Part shown: one piece after another, positions 12,895 to 23,559 of the stretch
Layout: each line of letters begins with the position of its first letter
Position numbering within the stretch: position 1 is the first letter of the stretch
Assembly (NCBI RefSeq): GCF_004010195.1
Contig: NC_057720.1
Coordinates: forward strand, 35,789,345-35,853,344
Origin: Chiloscyllium plagiosum
Lineage: Eukaryota
Direction: 5' to 3'
Length of the DNA stretch: 64,000 nucleotides
Notes under the pieces: model-generated
Databases searched by the model: none
Seen by the model: the letters and a program-made list of their open reading frames with translations, nothing else
Told to the model about the DNA's origin: nothing
Made by a program: the position numbers and the translations under genes

Positions 12895-13955
12895 AAATTG
12901 AATCACAAAAGCTAGTGTCCAAGTTCAGCAGCTAATTGGGAAGGTGAATGGAATGTTGTCCTTTATTTCAAAAGGGAAAAAAGGTAGGTTTTGCTAAAAC
13001 TATACAAGGTACTTGTCAGGCCACAGCTGGAATACTAAAAGACCGTATGAAACTGAAACAGGAATAGGCTGTTCAGCCCCTTGAGTCTGCTCCTTCCTTC
13101 AATAGTATCACGACTGATCTGACATTCCTCACATCCACATTCCTGCATTTTCTCTGTAACCCTTGATTTCCCTATGAGTTGCAGGCTTTTCTTGAGGTGT
13201 GCCTATGGATAAGAACATGAATAGGAAAGATTTGGAGGGATATGGGCCAAACGCAGGCAAGTAGGACGAGTTTAGTTTGGGGACAGGGAACATGGTTGGC
13301 ACGGACTGGTCAGACCAAACTGTCTGTTTCCATGCTGTATGACTCTATGACTCCATGAATCTGCTCCCACAGTTCTCTGTTTCAAGTTACAAAAATTGTG
13401 AACAGTTTTGTGTAGCTTATCTAAAAAAAGACATGCTGGCATTGGAGGCAAACAGGGAATGTTCACCAGACTGATACTAGTTGTGGAGGAAGTAGATAGG
13501 CACAGGCTGGAAGAACACAGGAAGCCAGGCAGCATCAGGAGGTAGAGAAGTTGTCGTTTTGGATATAACCCTTCTTCAGGACTTATGGAGGGGCTGTCTT
13601 ATGAAGAGAAGTTGAACCGATTGCATATGTAGCCATTAAAATATAGAAGAGTGTGAGGAGCCTTTATTGAAACACACAAGATTTTTAGACAACTTGACAG
13701 GGTAAGTTTGGAAAGGTTGCTTTCCTTTGGGAGACAGTCTAGGATCAGGGGGCATAACGTCAGAATATGAAGTCACAAATTTAAGACAGAGATGAGGAGG
13801 AATTTCTTCTCTCAAAGGGTTCTGAATCTGTGGAACTCTTCACCACAGAGAGCTGTGGGTTGGTCATTAAATACATTCAAGTCTGAGATAGATATTTTTA
13901 ATCAGTAAAGGAATCTGTTAATGGGGAAAAGGTAGGAATGTGGCAATGAGGATTA
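12895..13955 (+). mobile_element. Decayed CR1 3' region with nested CR1 tails and a PLE arm
   Basis: CR1 motifs (ctatacaaggtacttgtcaggccacagctggaatac; gaggaatttcttctctca) interrupted by other fragments. Confidence 0.7.
13487..13583 (-). mobile_element. Single-arm PLE pLTR remnant related to family A
   Basis: Reverse strand: agtcCTGAAGAagggttatatccaaaacgacaac...gatgctgcctggcttcctgtgttcttccagc. Confidence 0.65.
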
Positions 13956-13967
13956 AATCAGGCACAA

Positions 13968-15568
13968 GGATGGAAGAAGTGTTGGGTATTCTAAAAGGCA
14001 TTGGAGTGGACAAGTCCCCAGGTCTAGATGGGATCTATTCCAGGTTACTGAGGGAAGCGAGAGAGGAAAAAGCTGGGCCTTATCAGATATCTTTGCAGCA
14101 TCCTTGAACATGAGTGAGGTCCCAGAGGACTGGAGAATTGCTCATGTTGTCCCCTTGTTTAAGAAGGGTAGTAGGAATAATCTAGGTAATTATAGAGCGG
14201 TGAGCCTGACATCAGTGGTACGGAAGCTGCTGGAGAAGATACTAAGGGATAAGATCTATTCTCATTTGGAAGAAAATGGGCTTATCAGTGACAGAAAACA
14301 TGGTTGTGTGCAGACAAAGTCATTGTCTTACTAACTTAATAGAATTCTTTGACGAAGTGACAAAGTTGATTGATGAGGGAAGGCCTGCAGATGTCATATA
14401 CATGGACTTCAGTTCCCCATGGTAGGCTGATGGAGAAAGTAAAGTCACATGGGCTTGAGGGCATACTAGCAAGATAGATAAAGAACTGGTTGGGAAACAG
14501 GAGACAGCAAATAGTGGTGGAAGGGAGTTTCTCAAAATGGAAGATTGTGACCAGTGATGTTCCACAGGGATCCGTGCTGGGACCACTGTTTATGATATAC
14601 ATAAACGATCTGGAGGAAGGTATAGGTGGCCTGATTAGCAAGTTTACAGATGACACTAAGATTGGTGGAGTAGCAGATAGTGAAGGGGAAAATACAGCAG
14701 AATATAGGTAGATTGGACAGTTGGGTGGAGAAATGGCAGATGAAGTTCAATCCGTGCAAATGCGAGGTGATGCATTTTGGAAGATCAAATTCAAGAGCGA
14801 ACTGTACAGTATATGGAAAAGTCTTGGGGAAAATTAATCTACAGAGAGATCTGGGTGTTCAGGTCCATTGTTCTCTGAAGGTGGCAACGCAAGTCAGTAG
14901 AGTGGTCAAGAAGACATAAGACATGCTTTCCTTCATCAGACGGGGTATTGATAACAAGAGTTGGCAGGTCATGTTACAGTTGTATAACACTTTGGTTCAG
15001 CCACATTTGGAATACTGCGTACAGTTCTGGTCGCCACGTTACCAAAAGGATGTGGATGCTTTGGAGAGAGTGCAGAGGAGGTTCACCAGCATGTTGCCTG
15101 GTTTGGAGGGTGCTAGCTATGAGGAGAGGTTGAGTAGATTTGGATTATTTTCATTTGAAAGACGGAGGTTGAGAGGGGACCTGATTGAGGCTTAAAAGTC
15201 ATGAGAGGTGTAGACTGGGTGAATAACAAGAAGCTTTTTCCTAGCATGGGGGACTCAATTACTAGGGGTCACAAGTTCAAAATGAGAGGGGAAAGGTTTA
15301 AGGGAGATATGTGTGCAAAATTCTTTACGCAGAGGGTAATGAGTGCCTGAGAACGCGTTGCCAGTGGAGGTGGTAGGGGCGGGAATGATAGCATCACTTA
15401 ACATGTAATAGACAGATACATGAATGGGCAGGGAGCAAAGGGCTGCAGATCCTTAGAAAACAGGCGGCAGGTTTAGATAGAGGATGTGGATCGGTGCAGG
15501 CTTGGAGGCTGAAGGGCCTGTTCTAGTGCTGTAATGTTCCTTGATTTTTCCTTGTTCTTTGTTCTTTG
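13968..15568 (+). mobile_element. CR1 LINE ORF2 through 3' tail; same subfamily as 1-1573
   Basis: RT motifs in ORFs 14104-15195 ([39 protein letters not shown]); (GTTCTTT)n tail. Confidence 0.95.
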
Positions 15569-15721
15569 ATTATCATTTCAGCCATGATTCCATTGTATGG
15601 CAAAGCAGACTGTATGAGCTGAGTGGCCTACTTCTGCTCCTATGTCTTATCAATGTATACTTTTCAGAAATGTTGTAATGTTCTAAATGTTATGAAGGAA
15701 ATATCTGTTTATGTTTTGTCT

Positions 15722-15941
15722 TGGTTGTAGGTTTGCTCACTGAGCTGGAAGGTTCGTTTTCAGACGTTTCGTCACCATACAAAGTAACACCATCAATGAG
15801 CCTCCGGATGAAGCTTTATTCAAAGGCTCACTGATGATGTTATCTAGTATGGTGACAGAATGTCTGAAACGAACCTTCCAGCTCAGTGAGCAAGCCTACA
15901 ACCAGAACCTCAACCTGAGCTACAAATCTTCTCAAAACTCG
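15722..15941 (+). mobile_element. Palindromic PLE pLTR insertion, family B (Poseidon-like), with TSD
   Basis: Inverted arms about 15722-15803 and 15824-15904, 37-bp tail 15905-15941, TSD ttatgttttgtct at 15709-15721 and 15942-15954; degenerate CTGATGA...GAAAC core in each arm. Confidence 0.87.
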
Positions 15942-16181
15942 TTATGTTTTGTCTCTCCTTGTTGCTTTTTTTACTTTTGAAATTGCTAATTAGCAAATGC
16001 CCTTACAGTGCATATTATTTGCAAAAATAGGTAATGTGAGCTCCAATCTCCCTTCTTCATTCACAGTCTGCCGCCAGAATTTCATGCTGATTCATTACCA
16101 AGACCCAGTGTCATCTCTTTGCAGTTGAAACTTTATTGCTGGAACAGCACAGCAGGTCAGGCAGCATCCAGGGAACAGGAG

Positions 16182-16217
16182 ATTCGACGTTTCGGGCACA
16201 GGCCCTTCTTCAGGAAT
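16182..16217 (-). ncRNA. Mirror copy of the hammerhead ribozyme on the minus strand
   Basis: Exact reverse complement of 16224-16259. Confidence 0.75.
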
Positions 16218-16223
16218 GTGCTC

Positions 16224-16259
16224 ATTCCTGAAGAAGGGCCTGTGCCCGAAACGTCGAAT
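16224..16259 (+). ncRNA. Minimal type-I hammerhead ribozyme (intact core)
   Basis: AUUC-CUGAAGA-A-GGGC-CUGU-GCCC-GAAAC-GUC/GAAU; stem I AUUC:GAAU; palindromic ACGU stem III; predicted cleavage 3' of 16255. Confidence 0.78.
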
Positions 16260-16624
16260 CTCCTGTTCCCTGGATGCTGCCTGACCTGCTGTGCTGTTCC
16301 AGCAATAAAGTTTCAACTTTGATCTCCAGCATCTGCAGACCTCACTTTCTCCTCATCTCTTTGCAGCAAAGCAGACCGAGGACAACATTATCACCCAGTA
16401 CCATAACCTTGCCCACTCTTAGCTTGGACTAAATTTGTAACCATAGCAAGCTTTGAGTAATATTTCACCAGAAAACCAGAACTTGCTCTTAAAGAAAATC
16501 TCTGGTGGTGCTGGAATAAAATTGTCATGACAGAAGCAAAAGAAGCAGGAGAAAACTTAAAAGGGCAAAATGTCATTGGATATCTACTTTATATTTTCTG
16601 CCAGCTTTGGTTTAGGAACAACAG

Positions 16625-17123
16625 TAGAGTCATTGAGATGCACAGCATGGAAACCAACCCTTTGGGCCAACTCATCTATGTTGATCAAATATTCTAAATT
16701 AATTTAGTCCCACCCATTTTCCAGCATTTGGCCCATTACCCTCTACACTCTTCTTTTTCAAATACTATCCAGATGCCTGTTAAATGTAATTGCACCAGCC
16801 TTTAACACTTCCTCTGGCAACTCATTCTATACACGCAGCACCCTCTGCATGAAAAAGTTGTCCCTTATGTCCCTTTTAAGTCTTTCCCTTTTCACCTTAA
16901 ACTTCTGCTCTCTAGTTTTGGAATCTCCTATCCTGGGGAAAGGACCTTGTCTATTTACCCTATTCATGTCCTTCAAAATTTTATAAATGTCTATAAGGTC
17001 ACCCCTCAGCCTCCAACCCTCCAGGGAAAACAGCCCCAGCCTGTTCAGTCTCTTCCTTGGCTCAAACCCTCCAACTCTGGCAACATCCTTGTAAATCTTT
17101 TCTGAACTCTTTCAAGTTTCACA
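16625..17123 (-). mobile_element. CR1 LINE 3' fragment
   Basis: Reverse complement of the CR1 3' end (aggtcacccctcagcctcc; caccctctgcatgaaaaagttg). Confidence 0.9.
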
Positions 17124-17806
17124 TCTGTACTGTAGTAGGATTGAGAAGAAATAATACTCACAATGGTACCTTCACCAATAAAGTGTTAGAGAGTACATCA
17201 GGAATAACTGCCAACTCACTTTTTAATACTATTGCATCTTCTGGTGATCAACTGCTGTGTTTGCATAGTTTGCTGCCACCATCCTCATTTCTATTGCTAT
17301 GCCTAAGGGCACGTAACTATCAGCGGTGAATGATAGACCACCAGATAGTCTAAACAAGAAGAGATACTTGTCTTAAATAACAAGGTGTAGTTTATTGCAT
17401 GATAGCAGTAAATAAATTTAACATAATAATAATTATCAAGATCCAGCTATGTCACTTCCCTGTCCTTGGGGACCTCATGAAAGACTAAACTGTTTCTTTA
17501 TCGAGAGAATAAGTGACACCATCAGATTGGGTGAAGTGAATGCAACTTCAACATAAATTCTTTCAGACCTTCACCCTATACAACATCCAAAGCCTTGTCT
17601 GATAAGGGTGTTATAACAGAGGAAAGTACAATTCAAACTGTTTGCTTCCAGTTCTAGTCGGCCATTCAGCCCATTGAGTCTGCTCTGCCATTCAATGAGA
17701 TCATGGCTGAAATGATAATCCTCAACTTCAGATTCCTACCTTTTCCCCTTAAAAAGATTTCTTTACTGATTAAAAATGTCCATGTCAGTTTTGAACATAC
17801 ATAATA

Positions 17807-18114
17807 GAGTGGCACGGTGTCTCAGTGGTTAGCACTGCTGCCTCACAGCACCAGGGACCTGGGTTCGATTCCAGCCTTGGATGACTCTCTGTGTGGAGTT
17901 TGCACATTCTCCCTGTGTCTGCATGGGTTTCCTCCGGTTTCCTCCCACAGTCCAAAGATGTGCATGTTAGGTGAATTGGCCATGCTAAATTGCCCATAGT
18001 GTTAGGTGCATTAGTCAGGGGGGAACGGGTCTGGGTGAGTTGCTTTTCGGAGGGTCGGTGTGGATTTGTTCGGCTGAAGGGCCTGTTTCCACTCTGTAGG
18101 GAATCTAATCTAAT
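17807..18114 (+). mobile_element. HE1-type V-SINE, inserted in a CR1 tail remnant
   Basis: A box tgtctcagtggttagc, B box ggttcgattcc, V-domain, (aatct)n tail. Confidence 0.92.
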
Positions 18115-18456
18115 AATGACTCAGTTTGCTTCCAATTTGTCTCTGTTGCGTCGTTTAAACAGTAAAACGTAACAAGGAACAATAGAGGAATGCTGGTGAT
18201 ATATTGATATTCCCTTTTGTACTGTTAGAATAATAGGATATTTGGATAATGGTGGTTATGGGCAAGAATAAGCTTGACAAGTAAACTGGTGTGTAGAAAT
18301 TACCTGATTCAGTTTAATTTCTGCAAAAAAAATGCACTTAATTTTAATTAAAATTACTTTAAGTAAACCATCTATTAAAATGACAATCATTAAATTTCAG
18401 GTACTTGATTTTACTGTGGTATTTTGGACTAATGTTTGTGCTATTTTTCTAACTAG

Positions 18457-18583
18457 GTAAGAAGAAAGCGACCCTGTATGATACGCAAGCCCCAATTTGT
18501 CCCATCTGTCAGGTTCTGCTCCGACCAAATGAGCTTCAAGATCATATGGAACAGGAACTGGAAAAGCTCACTCAAAACACATG
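18457..18583 (+). CDS. RNF220: Internal coding exon of E3 ubiquitin ligase RNF220 (or close paralog); phase 1 in, phase 2 out
   Basis: Acceptor ctatttttctaactag and donor tg|gtatgg; encodes KKKATLYDTQAPICPICQVLLRPNELQDHMEQELEKLTQNT, matching the RNF220 APICPICQVLLRP.ELQ.HMEQELE motif as recalled. Confidence 0.88.
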
Positions 18584-19847
18584 GTATGGCACCTTTAACT
18601 TTTTTTTAACTAGTGTCAATAGCACAACATTAAGGAAACCACACATACACACAGGGAGTTAAAAAAAACTTATTGCAAACTATCATGGAAGCAGGCAAGC
18701 TGATAAGATTTACACACAGATTATCTGTGTTGTCAGTAGTGATGGAGTGCACAAGCACCCAGTCACTCAGGCTGGGTTCGGATTAAAATGAACATCTATT
18801 ACTGATGAGTTAAAGACCCAGCTTCAATATTCTCCTTTTAGCACCATTTATTGCCTGCATTATTTTTTGAGGTCACTTTTTTTTTGTTTTTCTCACTGTT
18901 TTCTTTATGTTAAACAAGAAGGTGTAATTAACACGATGGATTGGGAGAGTTCCACTGTTATTATTTTGCACGTTATTATGTGCAGAACACAATCTAGTTA
19001 TTTGCATGAAATGGCTGTCTGGTGACAAATTTGTTAATGGCTAATATTGTGGTGGAGAGAACAGAATGACAAAAAGTGATATATTTACTGCTTAGCTAGA
19101 GAACTGGCAGCCAATTCTGAGTATGAGCCAATACTTTAGTTGCGCAGATTTGTTTTCAGAGGTTAGTTGTGTTTACCTTCCATTGACAGATTTGGGAAAT
19201 AGTTTTAAAATTGATCAACAAATTTTGTTTGCTGGAGCCATAAATTCCAGACATCCAACTGGCCAGCTTAAATTCACATAGGCAATGAAACTGTCCAACC
19301 AAACATTCCTCTATTGCCAGGCCAATCTGGTACAAGGTATAAATTTTATTTATTACATAACTGTTAAAAAGACGAATGTATTGAATCAGGCAGCTCAATA
19401 TCTTTTATTGTTCTATATAGAAATTAACACTGCAGTTATCCCACAGCTATCTAGTACAGGCTCTAACCAGTGTCTTGTTTAGCCAAAACTCCAGTTGTTA
19501 TGCCCTGGAGAAAGCTTTATGTATGCTTGCACAAAGTCCGTCACCCAGCGGTTAAAGTTTAAATGTTTGGAGACCATGCTTGAATTGACGAAGCATTTAA
19601 ATTAATGTCGAGTAGGTTTAAACAGTGCTCAGAAGGTCCAAAGGAACCCCCTGGGCATTTTTAAACCTGGTTTGACATCTTGCTGTATATACACTCCCTT
19701 AGGTATCAAACTGAAACAGTTTGAGATTATCTCTGCCAGAAAGTCTCACAGCACCTCTCTCAGGCCTTGACCCAGATCTACAGTGTAATTTTAGTGTGGA
19801 AGGTATTTCCAAAATTAAAAATGATTGTGCTATTCGAAACAAAATGT

Positions 19848-22490
19848 TATAGAGTCATAGAGATGTACAGGACGGAAACAGACCCTTCGGTTCAACTCAT
19901 CCAACTTGATATCCCAATTCAATCTGCCACCTGCCAGCACCGGCCCATATCCCTCCAAACCCTTCCTATTCATAAACCCATCCAAATGTGTTTTAAATGT
20001 TGCAATTGTACTAGCCTCCACCACTTCTTCTAGCTGCCCATTCCACACATGCATCACTGCATGAAAAAGTTGCCCCTTACCTCTATTTTATATCTTTCCC
20101 CTCTCACCTTAAACCTGTGCCCTCTAGTTCTGGACTTCCCCACCCCAGGGAACAGACCTTGGGTATTTACCCTATCCATGCCCCTCATGATTTTATAAAC
20201 CTCTAAAGGTCACCCCTCAGCCTCCGATGCTCCAGGAAAAACAGCCCTAGCCCATTCAACCTCTCCCTACAGCTCAAATCCTCCAACCCTGACAACATCC
20301 TTGTAAATCTTTTCTGTACCCTTTCAAGTTTCATAACATCTGCCACTTCTCAGCCCATTGGCCCATCTGACCAAGATACCGTTGTAATCCGAGGTAACCT
20401 TCTTCGCTGTCCACTATACCTTCAATTTTGGTGTCATCTACAAACTTACTAATTGCACCTCTTATGCTCACATCCAAATCATTTATGTAAATGACAAAAA
20501 GTAGAGGACCCAGCACCGATCCTTGTGGCATTCCAATGGTCACAGGCCTCTAGTCTGAAAAACAATCCTCCACAACAATCTCTGTCTTTGACCTTTGAGT
20601 TAGTTCTGTATCCAAATGGCTAGTCCTCCCTGTATTATATGAGATCTAACCTTGCTAACCAGTCTCCCATGGGGAACGTTGTTGAAAGCCTTACTGAAGT
20701 CCATGTAGTCATGTCTACTGCTCTGCCCTCATCAATCCTGTTTGTTACTTCTTCAAAAAACTCATAATCAAGTTTGTGAGAAATGATTTCCCATGCACAA
20801 AGCCATGCTGACTATCCCTAATTAATCCTTGCCTTTCCAAATACATGTGCATCCTGTCCCTCCAACAACTTGCCCACCACCGACATCAGGCTCACTGATG
20901 CAACATCAGGCTCTATAGTTCCCTGGCTTGTCATTACCACCCTTCTTAAACAGTGGCACCACGTTTGCCAACCCCCAGTTTTCGAGCACTTCAATTGTGA
21001 CTATCGATGATACAAATATCTCAGCAAGAGGCCCAGCAATCACTTTCCTAACTTCCCACAGAGTTCTTGGATACACATGATCAGATCCTGGGAATTTGAC
21101 CACTTTTATGCGTTTTTATGCATTTCAAGACTTCCAGTACTTCTTCTTTGGAATACAGACATTTTCAAGATGTCACCATCTATTTCCCTCCATTCTGTAT
21201 CTTCCATGGCCTCTTCCACACTGAACACCAATGCAAAATACTCGTTTAGTATCACCCCCATCCCCTGTCGCTCCACACAAAGGCTGCCTGCTGATCTTTG
21301 AGGGACTTTATTCTCTCCCTAGTTACCCTTTTGTCCTTAATGTATTTGTAAAAACCCTTTTGCTTCTCCTCAACTCTATTTGCCAAAGCTATCTCATGTC
21401 CCCTTTTTGTCTTCCTGATTTCTCTCTTAAGTATGTTCCTATTGCCTTTACACTCAGGATTCACTCGATCTATCCTGTCTATATTTGACATTTGCTCCTT
21501 TCATCAAACCCTCAATTTCTTCATTCATCCAGCATTCCCTATACCTACCAGCCTTTCCTTTCACCCTAACAGGAATATACTGTCTCTGGACTCTCGTTAT
21601 GTCATTTTTAAAGGCTTCCCATTTTCCAGCCTTTACTTGCGAACATCTGCCCCAAATCAGCTTTTGAAAGTTCTTGCCTAATACCATCAAAATTAGCCTT
21701 CCTCCAATTTAGAACTTCAATTTTTAGGTCTGGTCTGTCCTTTTGCATCACTATTTTAAAACTGATAGAATTATGGTCGCTGGCCCCAAAGTGCTCCCCT
21801 ACTGACACCTCAGTCACCTGCCCTGCCTTTATTTCCCAACAGTAGGTCACGTTTTGCACCTTCTCTTGTTGGTACATCCACATATTGAATCAGAATATTT
21901 ACTTGCACGTGCTTAACAAATTCCTCTCCATCTAAACTATGGCAGTCCAGTCTATGTTTGCAAAGTTAAAATTCCCTACCATAACCACCTATTAGTCTTA
22001 TAGGTAACTGAAATCTCCTTACAAGTTTGCTTCTCAATTTCCCGCTGACTATTAGGGGGTCTAGAACACAATCCCAACAAGGTGATCATCCCTTTCTTAT
22101 TTCTCAGTTCCACCCTAATAACTTCCCGGATGTATTTCCAGGAATATCCTCCCTCAGCAAAGCTGTATTGCTATCCCTTATTAAAAATGCCACTCCCCTT
22201 CCTGTCTGGCCTCCCTTTCTATCCTTCCTGTAGCATTTGTATACTGGAACATTTAAGCTGCCAGTCCTGTCCATCCCTCAGCTATGTTTCTGTAATTGCT
22301 ATGATATCCCAGTCCCACATTCCTAACCATGCCCTGAGTTCATCTGCCTTCCCTGTTAGGCCTCTTGCATTGAAATAAATGCAGTTTAATTTATCAGTCC
22401 TACCTTGTTCTCTGCTTTGTCCCTGCCTGCCCTGACTGTTTGACTCGCTTCTTTTTTCATCTTGTACCAGTCTCAGATTGATCTCTAACC
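19848..22490 (-). mobile_element. Long CR1 LINE from the ORF2 endonuclease start to the 3' tail, with internal deletions
   Basis: Minus strand: KLNCIYFNARGLTGKADELRAWLGMWDWDIIAITET (APE), [41 protein letters not shown]; deletion junction near 20340. Confidence 0.95.
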
Positions 22491-22493
22491 TCA

Positions 22494-23040
22494 ATATTGC
22501 GTGCAATTCTGGTCTCCTTCCTATCGTAAGGATGTTGTGAAACTTGAAAGGGTTCAGAAAAGATTTACAAGGATGTTGCCAAGATTGGAGGATCTGAGCT
22601 ACAGGGAGAGGCTGAACAGGCTGGGGCTGTTTTCCCGGAGCGTCGGAGGCTGAGGGGTGACCTTATAGAGGTTTACAAAATTACGAGGGGCATGGATAGG
22701 ATAAATAGGCAAAGTCTTTTCCCTGGGATCGGGGAGTCCAGAACTAGAGGGCATAGGTTTAGGGTGAGAGGGGAAAGATATAAAAGAGACCTAAGGGGCA
22801 ACTTTTTCACGCAGAGGGTGGTATGTATATGGAATGGGCTGCCAGAGGATGTGGTGGAGGCTGGTATAGTTGCAACATTTAAGAGGCATTTGGATGGGTA
22901 TATGAATAGGAAGGGCTTGGAGGGATATGGGCCAGGTGCTGGCAGGTGGGACTAGACTGGGTTGGGATATCTGGTCAGCATGGACAGGTTGGACTGAAGA
23001 GTTTGTTTCCATGCTGTACATCTTTATGACTGTATGACTC
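22494..23040 (+). mobile_element. CR1 LINE 3' fragment, relatively young
   Basis: NFFTQRVVCIWNGLP..ATFKRHLDGYMNRKGLEGYGP; (tatgact)n tail. Confidence 0.93.
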
Positions 23041-23559
23041 ACTACCTACCAGGAAAGACTTTTTAAAAATAAATGTTTTACTAAAACTGTAGTTTAGCTT
23101 CTGTAGGAAAATATGCACTTAATTTTAATTAACATTATTTTAGGTAAACCATTTACTAAAATGCAACAATATATTAAAGACGGCTATTTTTATTCATTCT
23201 TAAGATGTGGGTGTCATTGCCAAGTGCAGGGTTTTCTATTACGTCTCTTATAAGTGGAGGACAGGCTTTGGAAAATCAGTAGGTGAATTATTAATGCAGA
23301 ATTCCTAGATTCTGACCTGCTCCTGGAGCTACAGTATTATATGGCTAGTCCAGTTCAGTTACTGGTAATGTCCAGCACATTAATAGTGGAGGTGAGGATC
23401 AGGTTGTGGGAAGATGACATGAGTCACTGATGGTAATGCTACTGAGATGTTTGTCATCTTGAACTTCTGTCATGCAAATGTCACCTGCCACTTATCAGCC
23501 TAAGCCTAAATGTTGTCCAAGTCTTGCTGTTTTTGGACAAGCATGACTTCAGAAAAACA

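Larger units (their letters stand above)
16125..16352 (+). mobile_element. Young palindromic PLE pLTR insertion, family A, with TSD
   Basis: Perfect 96-bp arms 16123-16218 and 16223-16318, 4-nt loop, 34-bp tail 16319-16352, TSD tcatctctttgcag at 16111-16124 and 16353-16366. Confidence 0.93.

Noticed and set aside
16095..16322. Near-identical ORFs on both strands (KLYCWNSTAGQAAS...), also near 2247, 9404 and 47136
   Set aside because: Artefact of the palindromic PLE pLTRs; not a protein family or toxin-antitoxin pair
17807..17880. tRNA gene (also the heads of the other SINEs)
   Set aside because: tRNA-like A/B boxes run directly into the V-SINE body; no complete cloverleaf or terminator
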